From the IMG/VR virus record IMGVR_UViG_3300025327_000147, positions 1-25,356 of that record: 25,356 nucleotides of DNA; one strand, 5' to 3'. A program made the position numbers and the translations under genes. This document shows positions 8,024 through 17,148 of the stretch, in pieces. The notes under the pieces are model-generated. The model was not told the DNA's origin and searched no databases. It saw only the letters and a list, made by a program, of their open reading frames with translations. The first letter of the stretch is position 1. Every line of letters begins with the position of its first letter. The DNA comes from a virus (Duplodnaviria; Caudoviricetes).

Positions 8024-10239
8024 ACGCCGCCCGTCTCGCGCAGCATCGCATCAAACGATTCGTATTCCTTGTTGCCAAATGCCAAGCAACTGGCGCAATG
8101 GTGCGCCAACGGATCGAGATGCCAATACACACGGTCTGGCGCGCCTAGGCCGATGGCGTGCTGTATGAACGACCACAGCGCGCCGGCATACAGCGCGACG
8201 CGCGCCCGGATCGTGGCGAGAAGGCCGGCCAGCGCCGCCGCGCCCGTGCCCAGCGCCAACGCCCTGAGAATATCTTCATCTTGCAAGCCGCCACGCACCT
8301 TGCGCTCGATGGCGGGCAGCAGGTTCTGCTCCAGCAAGCGATCATTCTCCGCGACGGCATCGGCCAGCGCCTGGAGCACTTCGGGCGTCGGCTCGACGCT
8401 GGACAGCCACTCGGCCATGCTCTCACGACCCTCTTGTCGCAGGCGCAACAGGAGCGCGGCGAGCGCGGCGGCCAGGATTTCTTCGCGGCGGTCGTCGTCT
8501 TCGGCGGCGGCCAGATCGCGCGCCAGGTCTTCTGACCAGTCGGTGTAGGTATCCTCAAGCTCACGCTGATAGGCGTTGACGTGGACGACGGCTTTCGGGC
8601 GTCGCCCGGGTCCGCCGCCGCGCAGGTCGGACTGGAATATCTCTGCCGCTTCTTCCGCGCCCGCCTCGCCCTCACTACCTTCACCTCTTTCCTCATCACC
8701 CTCATCCCCGCCTGCGCCGCCCTCTTTCTTTTTCGCCAGTGCCTGCCGCATCTGCTCTCGGCGCAGCTCGGCCTCTTCCTGCTGTTGCTGGATGACCTCG
8801 ATCGGCTTCTCCGGCAGATCGGCCAGCTCGCGGATATGCGCCTCAAGCTCAGGATCGGGCGTCAGCAATCCGATGCCGGTCATCTTCTCGACGAACGTTG
8901 CCACATCGATCAGAGATTGCTTGAATACCGGCGAATGCGCGACGCGTGGCCTGCCCGTCAGGCCGGGGAAATGATTCAGGCGGAACAGCCGCTCCGTGCC
9001 GAAGCGGTGGATCGTCTCCTCGATCAGGTCGGCCCAGGCCGCCACGGCCAGCGTGAAGAAGTCCACTGTCTCGCCGGCCAGCGCCTGCGTGCCGACCTTG
9101 TCCATGCCGAGGTGGATGAACTGCGCCAGCCCGACCATCGCCATGCGTTTCTCATACCGCTGAATGGTCGTGTCGAGGACGACGGGCCGCCCGCCGCTGG
9201 GTGTCAGAAGCTCGACGAGTACGCCTTGTCCCTCCAGCGCGCCTGCGCCCATCTTGGCGTAGGGATTGACGACGCCCATCTGCTCGTCCACGCGGATGTT
9301 GCGCACGATGCCCTTGTACGCCGTCAGGTCGGAATTGGCGTCGTCCGTGCGCGATGTGTCTGAGCCGAGATACACGACCGGAATGCCCGATCCGAACCGC
9401 TCGGCTGATATGGCCTCAACCTCTTCCAGATTCTTTTTCATCCACCAGGCGCTGTACATAGCGCGCAAGATGGCTCTGCCCTCCGGGTCGTTCTTGCGCG
9501 CGGTCGTGCGAAACAGGAGCGCCTTTTCAATCGGGATCGGCTCAGGCGGCGTACCCATGTTCGGGTCCTGCTGCCGGAAGCCCTGGATGCCGCCGTGCTC
9601 GTCGAACAGCCACGGCTCGTTCTGCGCCAATGTGTCCTGGCCGATGTAAATCCATTTGCGCCAGCCAATCTTGCCATCGTCGTAATTGCTGGCCGGGTCG
9701 CGCGCATTACCCAGGCGGCGCTTGTAGACAAGCTCCATCGGCACAAATCCAAACTGGAGCATGTCCAGCGCCCAGTCGATGGCATCGTTCCATGAATGGC
9801 TCATGTCGCCCATGCAGCCGTCCAGGAATTCGGCGGCCTGCTCGTCTGCGCGCGTCTCGCCGGCAGGCTCCACGCTCCACGACAGGCGCCGGATCGTCAT
9901 CTTCGTCGCCATGAGCACGGCGGCGGCGATGGGATCGTCGCCCATCTCGCGATACAGCTGCATCTTGCGGTAGAGCGGCTTGAAGACGCGGTCATAGTCC
10001 TCGTCCACATTGCCCGCGAACTGCCGCAGGCCGCTCGTGCCGATCTCGCGGAATGTCGGCCCGGTCGGGCGCGCGTTCACCTGGAACGTCTCGCCGTCGC
10101 CGTGGCCGTTGCGCCGCATGTCAGAGCGCAGCCGATAGACGTAGGAGCGCGACAGGCCGAAGCGGTCGGCGACGGCCTGCGCGGATTCATCTTTGAGCGC
10201 GTCAAGGATTTGCGCATTTCGAGCCTTGTGATCTGTCAT
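7957..10239 (-). CDS. Portal protein (DUF935/Mu gp29-like) with N-terminal HTH and C-terminal MuF-like head morphogenesis domain, 760 aa
   Basis: Directly after TerL; EIGTSGL...YREM..D, DPEGRAILR, ERFGSGIPV; N-terminal AVADRFGLSRSYVYR; C-terminal HCASC...CDGNCRC. Confidence 0.85.
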   Translation of the reverse strand: MTDHKARNAQILDALKDESAQAVADRFGLSRSYVYRLRSDMRRNGHGDGETFQVNARPTGPTFREIGTSGLRQFAGNVDEDYDRVFKPLYRKMQLYREMGDDPIAAAVLMATKMTIRRLSWSVEPAGETRADEQAAEFLDGCMGDMSHSWNDAIDWALDMLQFGFVPMELVYKRRLGNARDPASNYDDGKIGWRKWIYIGQDTLAQNEPWLFDEHGGIQGFRQQDPNMGTPPEPIPIEKALLFRTTARKNDPEGRAILRAMYSAWWMKKNLEEVEAISAERFGSGIPVVYLGSDTSRTDDANSDLTAYKGIVRNIRVDEQMGVVNPYAKMGAGALEGQGVLVELLTPSGGRPVVLDTTIQRYEKRMAMVGLAQFIHLGMDKVGTQALAGETVDFFTLAVAAWADLIEETIHRFGTERLFRLNHFPGLTGRPRVAHSPVFKQSLIDVATFVEKMTGIGLLTPDPELEAHIRELADLPEKPIEVIQQQQEEAELRREQMRQALAKKKEGGAGGDEGDEERGEGSEGEAGAEEAAEIFQSDLRGGGPGRRPKAVVHVNAYQRELEDTYTDWSEDLARDLAAAEDDDRREEILAAALAALLLRLRQEGRESMAEWLSSVEPTPEVLQALADAVAENDRLLEQNLLPAIERKVRGGLQDEDILRALALGTGAAALAGLLATIRARVALYAGALWSFIQHAIGLGAPDRVYWHLDPLAHHCASCLAFGNKEYESFDAMLRETGGVWPSHGVECDGNCRCSLEAVAA

Positions 10240-10242
10240 GGT

Positions 10243-11654
10243 CTACCGCCTATGGTGTCCCGTCGGCCGGTCGCGCCCGAAGCGCCCGCCCTGCGGCTCG
10301 CTACGCACGAATTTCGAGCGCGCCTTCGGGTTTGCCTCGCGGGTGGCACCCGGCATGGATTCCGGCGCGGCGTAGGCCAGCATCACGGCGTCGCCGCTGT
10401 CCGGGCTGCGCCCCAGCCGCTTGACGATTTCATCCTTGCTCTCGATCTTGATCCTGCCCGCGCTGGTGAGCGTCCACTTCGGCGCGGTCAGGTCGGCCAG
10501 CAGGTCGTCGTCGGGCGGCAGAGCGATGTCGTCGCCCGATTCCGGCTCGAGCCGCTCGCGCAGGCCCCACAGCAGCGCCGAACGCAGGTTGACGAATCCG
10601 AAGCGGCCCGTCTTGTCGCGCAGCCCACGCTGATCATCTCCGAGGCCAGAAAGCCCGCAGTCTCCATCGTGTCGCGCTTGCTGTGCCTGATAAGCGGCGC
10701 GAACCAGTTGCCCGTGCGCGGCGCGAAGACCGTCTTGTTCTCGCCCGTGCGGGCGATGTCCGCGCCGAATGTCGTCGGCGTATCGCTCGGCCTGCCGTCC
10801 GGTGTCCACCTATCCATCGCCGCCTCGACCCAGGCCAGCGGGATCACGGTGTCCGTCTCGGACTGCGCGAACTCGCCCGCGACGCGGTTCTGGTAGACCG
10901 CCGACTGTTCGCCCCACTGGACGGCCATCAGGTCGGCCCACTGCGCGAAGCCCGGCACGACTCGCCGCGCCTCCGCCTCTGTAACTCGGATGATGTGCCA
11001 ATGCGGATAGGAGCGCCGGTTCGTCTGGATGTCGTAAAAGCGGCCAGCCGGCTCGCCCGGCGTGCTGATGGCCAGCGCGTATCCCTCGCCCGTGGAGAAC
11101 GCGCCTTCGGCGGCGTCCCATATCTCTGCCTGAAGCGTCTTGGCCTCGTCGAACCCGTAGAACACGACCGCGCTGTGCGCGCCCTCGATCTTGGCCTCGT
11201 CGCTGGAGGCCAGCGCGAACGCGAAGCGGTTGTCGCCCAGCTGCAGGCGCCGTTTGAGCAGTTCGCGCTCCGGGCGCACACGCAGGCCAATGCGATCCCA
11301 TTTTGCGCGCGACGACCATTTGTGTATTTCGGGCCAGAGGTACTCCGTGAGCTGCCGCCATGCGCTTGCGGTCGTTGGGGCCTTGATCTCCTCGTGTACG
11401 GCCAGCGCCCACAGCACGGCCCACGCCTCCAGCGCCGTCTTGCCAATGCCGTGCGGCCCGCGCATGCACACGCGCCGATGCTCCAATAGCGCCGATAGCG
11501 CCTGTTCCTGGTACGGACGAATCTCTATGACGCCCAGGATGTCGCGCGCGAAGGCAACCGGATCGCGGCGATAGGGCATGATCAGCTTGCTACTTTGCCT
11601 GCTGATCGCCTGTTGTTTCGCCGTCCCCAGGGCCTCCAGCACCGCCTGCTTCAT
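10243..11654 (-). CDS. terL: Terminase large subunit, split by frameshift/probable deletion at ~10625 (start 11654 or 11579)
   Basis: Walker A GPHGIGKT, Walker B FDEA, motif III ISTP, nuclease GADIAR; C-terminal IKIESKDEIVKRLGRSPDSGDA lies in a second frame. Confidence 0.88.
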
Positions 11655-12168
11655 CCAGACGGGCACGGGCCGCTGCGACGAGTTCGGAAAAGAGCTTGTC
11701 TGCGTCATATCCCTCACGCTCGGCCTGCTCGCGCCAGGTCATGTCGATCCGGGTCGCCGTATACACCCCGAATATCTTCAGACGCTGCTCGACGCACCAC
11801 TGGACGCCGCCCAGGAAGCGCGGGTCGCCCGCCAGCTCCTCGCGCTCGACCTGCGCCTTCGTGTACGCGCCCTGCCCCTCCGTGCGCATGGTAACGGTCT
11901 TCTCGTGCGCCCCCCGGCTCTCGTACCAGGCGCGCCAGTATTCGCGCTCCAGGCGGTCGATGCGTGCAAGTTCACGCGCCTTGAGCCGGTCGAAGTCTAG
12001 CATCGCGGACTTCAACCATTCGGCCTGGATGTACTTGAGGTCGTAGCTGATCGTCGCCTGCGTGACGCGCCATTTATGCGCGATCTCGACCTGCGTATGG
12101 CCGGCGAGATAGAGTTCCGCCACATCGCGGCGGCGCTCGGCTATCTTGAGGTCACGTTGCAGGGACAT
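11590..12168 (-). CDS. terS: Terminase small subunit (HTH), 192 aa
   Basis: ERRRDVAELYLAGHTQVEIAHKWRVTQATISYDL HTH; GDPRFL motif; immediately upstream of TerL. Confidence 0.75.
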   Translation of the reverse strand: MSLQRDLKIAERRRDVAELYLAGHTQVEIAHKWRVTQATISYDLKYIQAEWLKSAMLDFDRLKARELARIDRLEREYWRAWYESRGAHEKTVTMRTEGQGAYTKAQVEREELAGDPRFLGGVQWCVEQRLKIFGVYTATRIDMTWREQAEREGYDADKLFSELVAAARARLDEAGGAGGPGDGETTGDQQAK

Positions 12169-12256
12169 AGATATAAATCATCATGATATAAGGGCGATCT
12201 CTAACCGGAACGTAGATAATGGCCGTATGGGAGCACGAGATATGGCGCGACGCCGA

Positions 12257-13456
12257 TTACGCGGCCTCTCGGATCCTGTCTAGGATCTCTTGCCTGATAT
12301 GAAGCGCGATCGCGCGCATGAATAGCGGCGGAACGCTGTTCCCGATCATCCTATAGCCCGCTCCTCCCGGTGGAATGATAAACTCGTCCGGGAACGACTG
12401 CAGGCGCTTTGCCTCGTCGTTCGTCAGCTGTCTCGGCTCGTCCGGCCTCCAATTTCTGTGCGCCGCGATCTGGGTAGGCGATGGCCTGTCGGGGCGAAGA
12501 CGAACGCTATGATATGAGCCGATATATCGATCTCCTCTTTCCCATGCCTCGATGACATGGCCGGTATGTAGACCGGCGACGATGGGCGGCCTGGACGCCT
12601 CCAGCGTCGGCGATGGCATATCGAGGCCGCGAAACTCGTTCCGGTACTGCTCGTTCTTGATGTCGCCGAATCCGCGCCGGATTCCGGCGACGAATCTCGC
12701 GTCGACATATCCGGGATGCCTCTCGACGGCCGCATCCTCCAGATCAAGCGCCTCGGCCACTGAATGGGGCCTAGATTGCGCTCGCGAATGGGACGGCGGA
12801 ATGCCGAGATCGTCTCGAACGCCGACAAAGATCAGTCTGCTCCTATACTGCGGTACGCCGAACCACATCGCATTCATCAGCCTCGCGGACACCAGGTATC
12901 CGCTCGCCTTCAGCTCGCGCATTGCGTCGGCGAATACGAGTCGCATCTTGCCTTTGACCATTCCGCCGACATTCTCCATCACGAAGGCTCTGGGACGCAG
13001 GCCGCGCAGCAGGCGGACATATTCCATGAAGAGGCGATTGCGCGGATCATTGAGCAGGCGCTTGCCGGACATGCTAAATCCCTGACAGGGCGGCGAGCCG
13101 TCCAGGACGTCTAGATTGCCGAACGCAATGCCCGATTCGCGCAGACAATCATCCACAGACAGATCGGCAATATCGCCGCAATACATGAATATATCGGAAA
13201 AGTTGACGCGAAACGCAGCGGCAGCCCTGTCCCACCACTCCACCGCCAGAAGCTCGCGGAAGCCTGCCATGCTATAGCCAAGCAATGACCCGCCGATGCC
13301 AGAGAATAGGCTTATGACGGTCGGCGCATCCGCCGTGCGCGGCGCAAGATGCTCCTGCCATGCCGCATCGAGCATGGCAAGATATTCATTTCGGCCATTT
13401 ATGCCCACAGCTGGGGCATTCGATATACTCGACATCATTCGCTGTCGTCTCATCAT
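12257..13456 (-). CDS. C5 cytosine DNA methyltransferase (true start likely near 13375-13389)
   Basis: FSGIGG, GSPPCQGFS, ENV, QYRSR, RLQSFP and IGNSV motifs in canonical order. Confidence 0.93.
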   Translation of the reverse strand: MMRRQRMMSSISNAPAVGINGRNEYLAMLDAAWQEHLAPRTADAPTVISLFSGIGGSLLGYSMAGFRELLAVEWWDRAAAAFRVNFSDIFMYCGDIADLSVDDCLRESGIAFGNLDVLDGSPPCQGFSMSGKRLLNDPRNRLFMEYVRLLRGLRPRAFVMENVGGMVKGKMRLVFADAMRELKASGYLVSARLMNAMWFGVPQYRSRLIFVGVRDDLGIPPSHSRAQSRPHSVAEALDLEDAAVERHPGYVDARFVAGIRRGFGDIKNEQYRNEFRGLDMPSPTLEASRPPIVAGLHTGHVIEAWERGDRYIGSYHSVRLRPDRPSPTQIAAHRNWRPDEPRQLTNDEAKRLQSFPDEFIIPPGGAGYRMIGNSVPPLFMRAIALHIRQEILDRIREAA

Positions 13457-13916
13457 ATTCCTTGAACTCCGGGAACGCGACGCCCATGTCCAACGCTATG
13501 CCATTCAGAAGCCTTTGCACCGCCGGATTGTCCGTTTGCACTTCACGCAGTAGCGCATCCAGCTTGCCCGCATCCGCAGCCGCCAGCGCCGAGATCGGGT
13601 CAAGCGTCGCCAGGGCGAGTCGCTCCTCGTTCGGCGTCAGATCAACGTACTTGACGGGGATGGAGGGTTGACCGTCGCGCAGGGCCAGCGTCACGCGCAG
13701 GTGGCCGTCCAGAAGCGTCTCAACGCCCTGGTCGCGTCCCCACTCCAGCGAGGTACGCCGGTTGACGATCACATCCTGGATGACGCCGATCTCCTGGATG
13801 ACGCCATGTAGCGATTCCTGCTGATGACGCGGATGCAGCCGCCAATTGCCCTCATTGGCGAGCAGTTGGTCGGGCGCGCTCTCACCGTATCCGACGATGC
13901 GATTCTTCCAGGTCAT
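13386..13916 (-). CDS. ParB-like N-terminal domain protein with C-terminal CxxC, 176 aa
   Basis: LLANEGNWRLHP...LLDGHLRV...IPVKYVDL; ECPSCGH; ATGA overlap with upstream gene. Confidence 0.8.
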   Translation of the reverse strand: MTWKNRIVGYGESAPDQLLANEGNWRLHPRHQQESLHGVIQEIGVIQDVIVNRRTSLEWGRDQGVETLLDGHLRVTLALRDGQPSIPVKYVDLTPNEERLALATLDPISALAAADAGKLDALLREVQTDNPAVQRLLNGIALDMGVAFPEFKEYDETTANDVEYIECPSCGHKWPK

Positions 13917-14092
13917 CCCATCAGTTCCAGCACCTGCCGCGCGTCCCATCCGCCGAAGTAGCACAACTGGCCGAACCACTCCGAATCGAAGAACAGGTCG
14001 AGGTCGGGCGCCGGGCCGCGCCGCCGGTCTTCGACGGCTCGCTTCACGATCGATAGCACCAGCCTCCGCCAGCCGTCGTCGATCTCGCCCAT
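13913..14092 (-). CDS. Small phage protein, ~59 aa (start uncertain)
   Basis: LVLSIVKRAVED...FFDSEWF pattern recalled from small proteins near phage packaging genes. Confidence 0.55.
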   Translation of the reverse strand: MGEIDDGWRRLVLSIVKRAVEDRRRGPAPDLDLFFDSEWFGQLCYFGGWDARQVLELMG

Positions 14093-14126
14093 CACATCGG
14101 CCCAGCGCCATGTGACGGGCGGCGCG

Positions 14127-14471
14127 TCAGGGTGAGGCGGTCTGCTCTCGTGGCGGCGGCGATTTGTAGCCTGGCGATCCTTGCTCATACCAGCCACTCT
14201 GCGCGGCATTGGCGATGAAATCCAGACAAATGGCGATCGGCGCGCCCGCGTAACGACAGGCGTCATATAGGCCCCGGTAGTATTCGTCGCGCGCCTTGAC
14301 CAATAGCATAAGGATGTCGCGCTCTGCCTGCTCCGTAACGCGCTGTAATTCTTGCCCTGCAATGTCCGCTCCGGTACGATAGGCTAAATGAATGCCACCG
14401 ACCAGTGTGCCAATCAGCACGATAATACCGAACAGGATAATAGCTATATCTGCCCGCAACTTCGATTTCAT
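14127..14471 (-). CDS. Membrane-anchored hypothetical protein, 114 aa
   Basis: ATG at 14471 follows the terminator; N-terminal TM IAIILFGIIVLIGTLVGGI. Confidence 0.6.
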   Translation of the reverse strand: MKSKLRADIAIILFGIIVLIGTLVGGIHLAYRTGADIAGQELQRVTEQAERDILMLLVKARDEYYRGLYDACRYAGAPIAICLDFIANAAQSGWYEQGSPGYKSPPPREQTASP

Positions 14472-14481
14472 ATCCGCACTC

Positions 14482-14513
14482 AAAACAAAAAGCCCCGGCA
14501 TTTCTGCCGAGGC
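14482..14513 (-). terminator. Intrinsic terminator/attenuator
   Basis: GCCTCGGCA-gaaa-TGCCGGGGC followed by TTTTTGTTTT. Confidence 0.8.
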
Positions 14514-14558
14514 CCGATCCCCGATGTGTCGCGCTTTTGCGCCGGGCTGTGTACGCAC

Positions 14559-14588
14559 ATTCTACAACAGATGTGCGCGCCGTGTCAA
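14559..14588 (-). promoter_or_regulatory. Sigma70-type promoter
   Basis: TTGACA-18 nt-TAGAAT. Confidence 0.7.
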
Positions 14589-14674
14589 GAAGTGGAAACT
14601 TGATAAGGGTGTCGCCCGCCTCCCTTCGCTTTCAGATCGGCCTCGACGGCCAAAAGCTCATGCAATTTACCCAC
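14585..14674 (-). pseudogene. Short ORF or truncated gene remnant (MGKLHELLAVEADLK...)
   Basis: Strong GAGGAGG RBS plus GTG; only 29 aa before running into the promoter. Confidence 0.4.
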
Positions 14675-15571
14675 GCTTCCCTCCTCGGTAGAACTTGCCC
14701 GGCGCGCCGCACCGCGCGCAGCGCACCTCGAAATCGCCCGACACGATGCTGCCGAGCCGGTTCTGGCACGACCGGCACAGGAACGGCAGGCCCTCGGGCG
14801 CGTCATCGTCTTCGCGCCGACTTCGGTATTCGTGGCCGCAAGCTGTGGATGACCTATCAGGTATTTTAGCGCATCCAGCGTGTTAATGCAACTAATTTCC
14901 TCTCCCTTCTCATCAGACATCCTATGCCACAACTGGCGGAACATCTCCAGATCGGCGGGCATATCCAGTTCGGTCCGCACGGGCGCGAGATACTCGCGGC
15001 GCGGCATCGGAATCTGGACGACATTCAGGCGCGACAGGTTGTCCCAGAACCAGCCGCCCGGATGCTCGTCCTGACTCCCGCTGCTGCCTTCGGCGATGGC
15101 GTCCCAGGCGCGGCGGGACCATACGTCCGTCGTGCCCGCATAGGTGATACGCTCGTGCTCACCGCCGTACCACAGCCCATCGGCGCCCGTCTCGACCAGG
15201 ATGTCGAAACGCCAGTCGGCCAGGCCCACATCCACCAACGGATTGTCAGCGCTGCCGCGCGCGATCCATCTCGCGATCCATCTGACGTCTGGCGCGAACG
15301 CCTTGATCGCGCCATCCATGCGGCCCGTCACGTCGTCGCGCGAGCCGCGAAAGCAGGCGACGCCGTAGCCGGCGCAGTAATCGGCGATTGCGCCGTCCTC
15401 AAGCCCGTCCGTCGTGGCGACGATGATGACCGGATCGCGGTCGGATGCCTGCCAGCGGCGCACGATCTGGATGAGGTTCGGCGTGCCGTCCGGGGCGTAG
15501 ACGGCGAGCGCTTTGCCGGGCAAGCGCTCGGAGGACATGCGGGCCTTGACGACGACGGCGTAGTCGCTCAT
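14667..15571 (-). CDS. SpsF/PseF/NeuA-like cytidylyltransferase with frameshifted C-terminal zinc ribbon
   Basis: ARMSSERLPGKAL, IIVATT, FRGSRDDV..R, ADNPLVD, EH and RTELDMPADL motifs; frame change at ~14793 gives CRSC..CARC ending at TAA 14667. Confidence 0.85.
15260..15283. repeat. Exact 12-nt in-frame tandem duplication (RWIA x2)
   Basis: cgcgatccatct repeated twice. Confidence 0.9.
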
Positions 15572-15885
15572 ATTTCCAGTCTCACAACATCGCCGCCAAT
15601 CCCTATTCCGAATACAACATCAAGCGCTTCGTCGGCTGACGAAACTACCGAGACTTGCCCATCCCATGCTCTGATCCAGGCCAATTCGGCCCCGGTCAAA
15701 TCTTGTCTGCTCAGTGATTTTGTGCCGTCCTTCAATTCCAGCAGGAAATTTTTCCCGCGCCATCCCACGAGCAGATCCGGCACTCCCTTGCCGACGGCGT
15801 GCAGCGGCTGGACGCTCGCGCCCCCCGCGCGCAGGGCGGCGACGATTTCGGCCTGATTGCGGTCAACGCGAGCGGCGCGTCTCAT
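15568..15885 (-). CDS. VRR-NUC/PD-(D/E)XK nuclease (resolvase-like), 105 aa
   Basis: RVDRNQAEIVAALR...GVPDLLVG...LLELK; ATGA overlaps on both sides. Confidence 0.82.
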   Translation of the reverse strand: MRRAARVDRNQAEIVAALRAGGASVQPLHAVGKGVPDLLVGWRGKNFLLELKDGTKSLSRQDLTGAELAWIRAWDGQVSVVSSADEALDVVFGIGIGGDVVRLEI

Positions 15886-17126
15886 TTCAGCACCACGCTC
15901 GCCTTCATCTCACGCACGCCCCGCTCCGCTCCTCGCCGCGCTTCGTCATCCGTCGCGTCGGCGACGATGCACTGGCCCCATCGCGCCGGATGCGAGGTGA
16001 CGGGCTGGACAACCGTGTCCTCGTGGATGTTCCACGAATGGAAGATGGTGTGTCCGGGCCGATGATTGTCGATGGCGACGACGGTCTTGCCGATGTCCTG
16101 CGGCTCTGGAAAAACATAGCGTTGACTCACGAAAGACGCGGCAGGCAGTGTTTGCGCGGGGGCATTCAGGTGTTCCCCCAGCGCCGCCCGAATCGCTGCG
16201 CCGGAGAAATCAATGCCATAGGCGAGTGGGATGCCGTGCGTCGAGAAGAAGCCGCCGGACAGCCGCGCCGCAAGCTCGATGACATGCACGTGTTCGTCGT
16301 GGATGACGAGATCGCCCTTCACCGTTCCCGCGCCGCACTGATACCAGCCAAGCGCGCGACAGGCTCGGGCGACAACATCGCCGCATTTCTTGATGATATT
16401 ATCGCCCGGCGCGGGAAGCCACGGCGCATCAAATCCGTTCTCGATCACGAACGGGGCAAATTCCTCTAGTCGATCATAGTTACGCAGCCCGACCGCAGTA
16501 AACAGCACACGGCCATCTTGCACAATGCTTTCCGTGGAGAGTTGTAGCCCGTCCAGCCACTGCTCGACCATCACGCGGCCCGTGGGCGACTGGCCGCGCG
16601 CGATCTCGTAGGCGAACGCGGGATCGATGTCTTTCGTGACGCGCACAACGCCACGCCCGCCGTGAGAATCGACGGGCTTCACGATATGAGTGAACACATC
16701 TCCCGCCTCGCCGCCAGTCATTTTGTGCAGCGAAACCGGGAACGGCCATGACCGGAACATGGGCAGCGGGACATGGCCCGCCAGCGCCTGTTTCTGCGCC
16801 AACTTGTCCACGCTCAGCCGCGCCGCCTCGATGCTTAGCCCCGGCAGGCCGAAGCGCGCCGCGATCTGCGCCGCGATGTGCGGCGCGTCCACCGCCGCGC
16901 ACAGTACGCCGTCATAGGACAGGCGGTTGGCATAGGCATGCGCCGACAGCGCGGGAATGGCCCTGTCAGCGTGATAGCAGGAGGCGTGCACGAAGTCGTC
17001 CGTCAGCGAGCGGCCCGGACAGCGGGCGTCGATGTCCACGACCACGGCGCGATGGCCGAGCGCGATGGCGCGCTCAATGATGGGGACGGCTTCGACGTTG
17101 CCGCCGAGGAAAATGAGGTTAGCCAT
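15882..17126 (-). CDS. ATP-grasp carboxylate-amine ligase, 414 aa
   Basis: DKLAQK, IVKPVDSHGGRGV, MVEQWLDG, KGDL, IELAARLSGG. Confidence 0.9.
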   Translation of the reverse strand: MANLIFLGGNVEAVPIIERAIALGHRAVVVDIDARCPGRSLTDDFVHASCYHADRAIPALSAHAYANRLSYDGVLCAAVDAPHIAAQIAARFGLPGLSIEAARLSVDKLAQKQALAGHVPLPMFRSWPFPVSLHKMTGGEAGDVFTHIVKPVDSHGGRGVVRVTKDIDPAFAYEIARGQSPTGRVMVEQWLDGLQLSTESIVQDGRVLFTAVGLRNYDRLEEFAPFVIENGFDAPWLPAPGDNIIKKCGDVVARACRALGWYQCGAGTVKGDLVIHDEHVHVIELAARLSGGFFSTHGIPLAYGIDFSGAAIRAALGEHLNAPAQTLPAASFVSQRYVFPEPQDIGKTVVAIDNHRPGHTIFHSWNIHEDTVVQPVTSHPARWGQCIVADATDDEARRGAERGVREMKASVVLK

Positions 17127-17148
17127 AATAGCAAGTCACCTAATGACA

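Noticed and set aside
12257-13916. ParB-like plus methyltransferase as a restriction-modification or partition system
   Set aside because: No cognate restriction enzyme or ParA; this pair upstream of terS is a common phage arrangement
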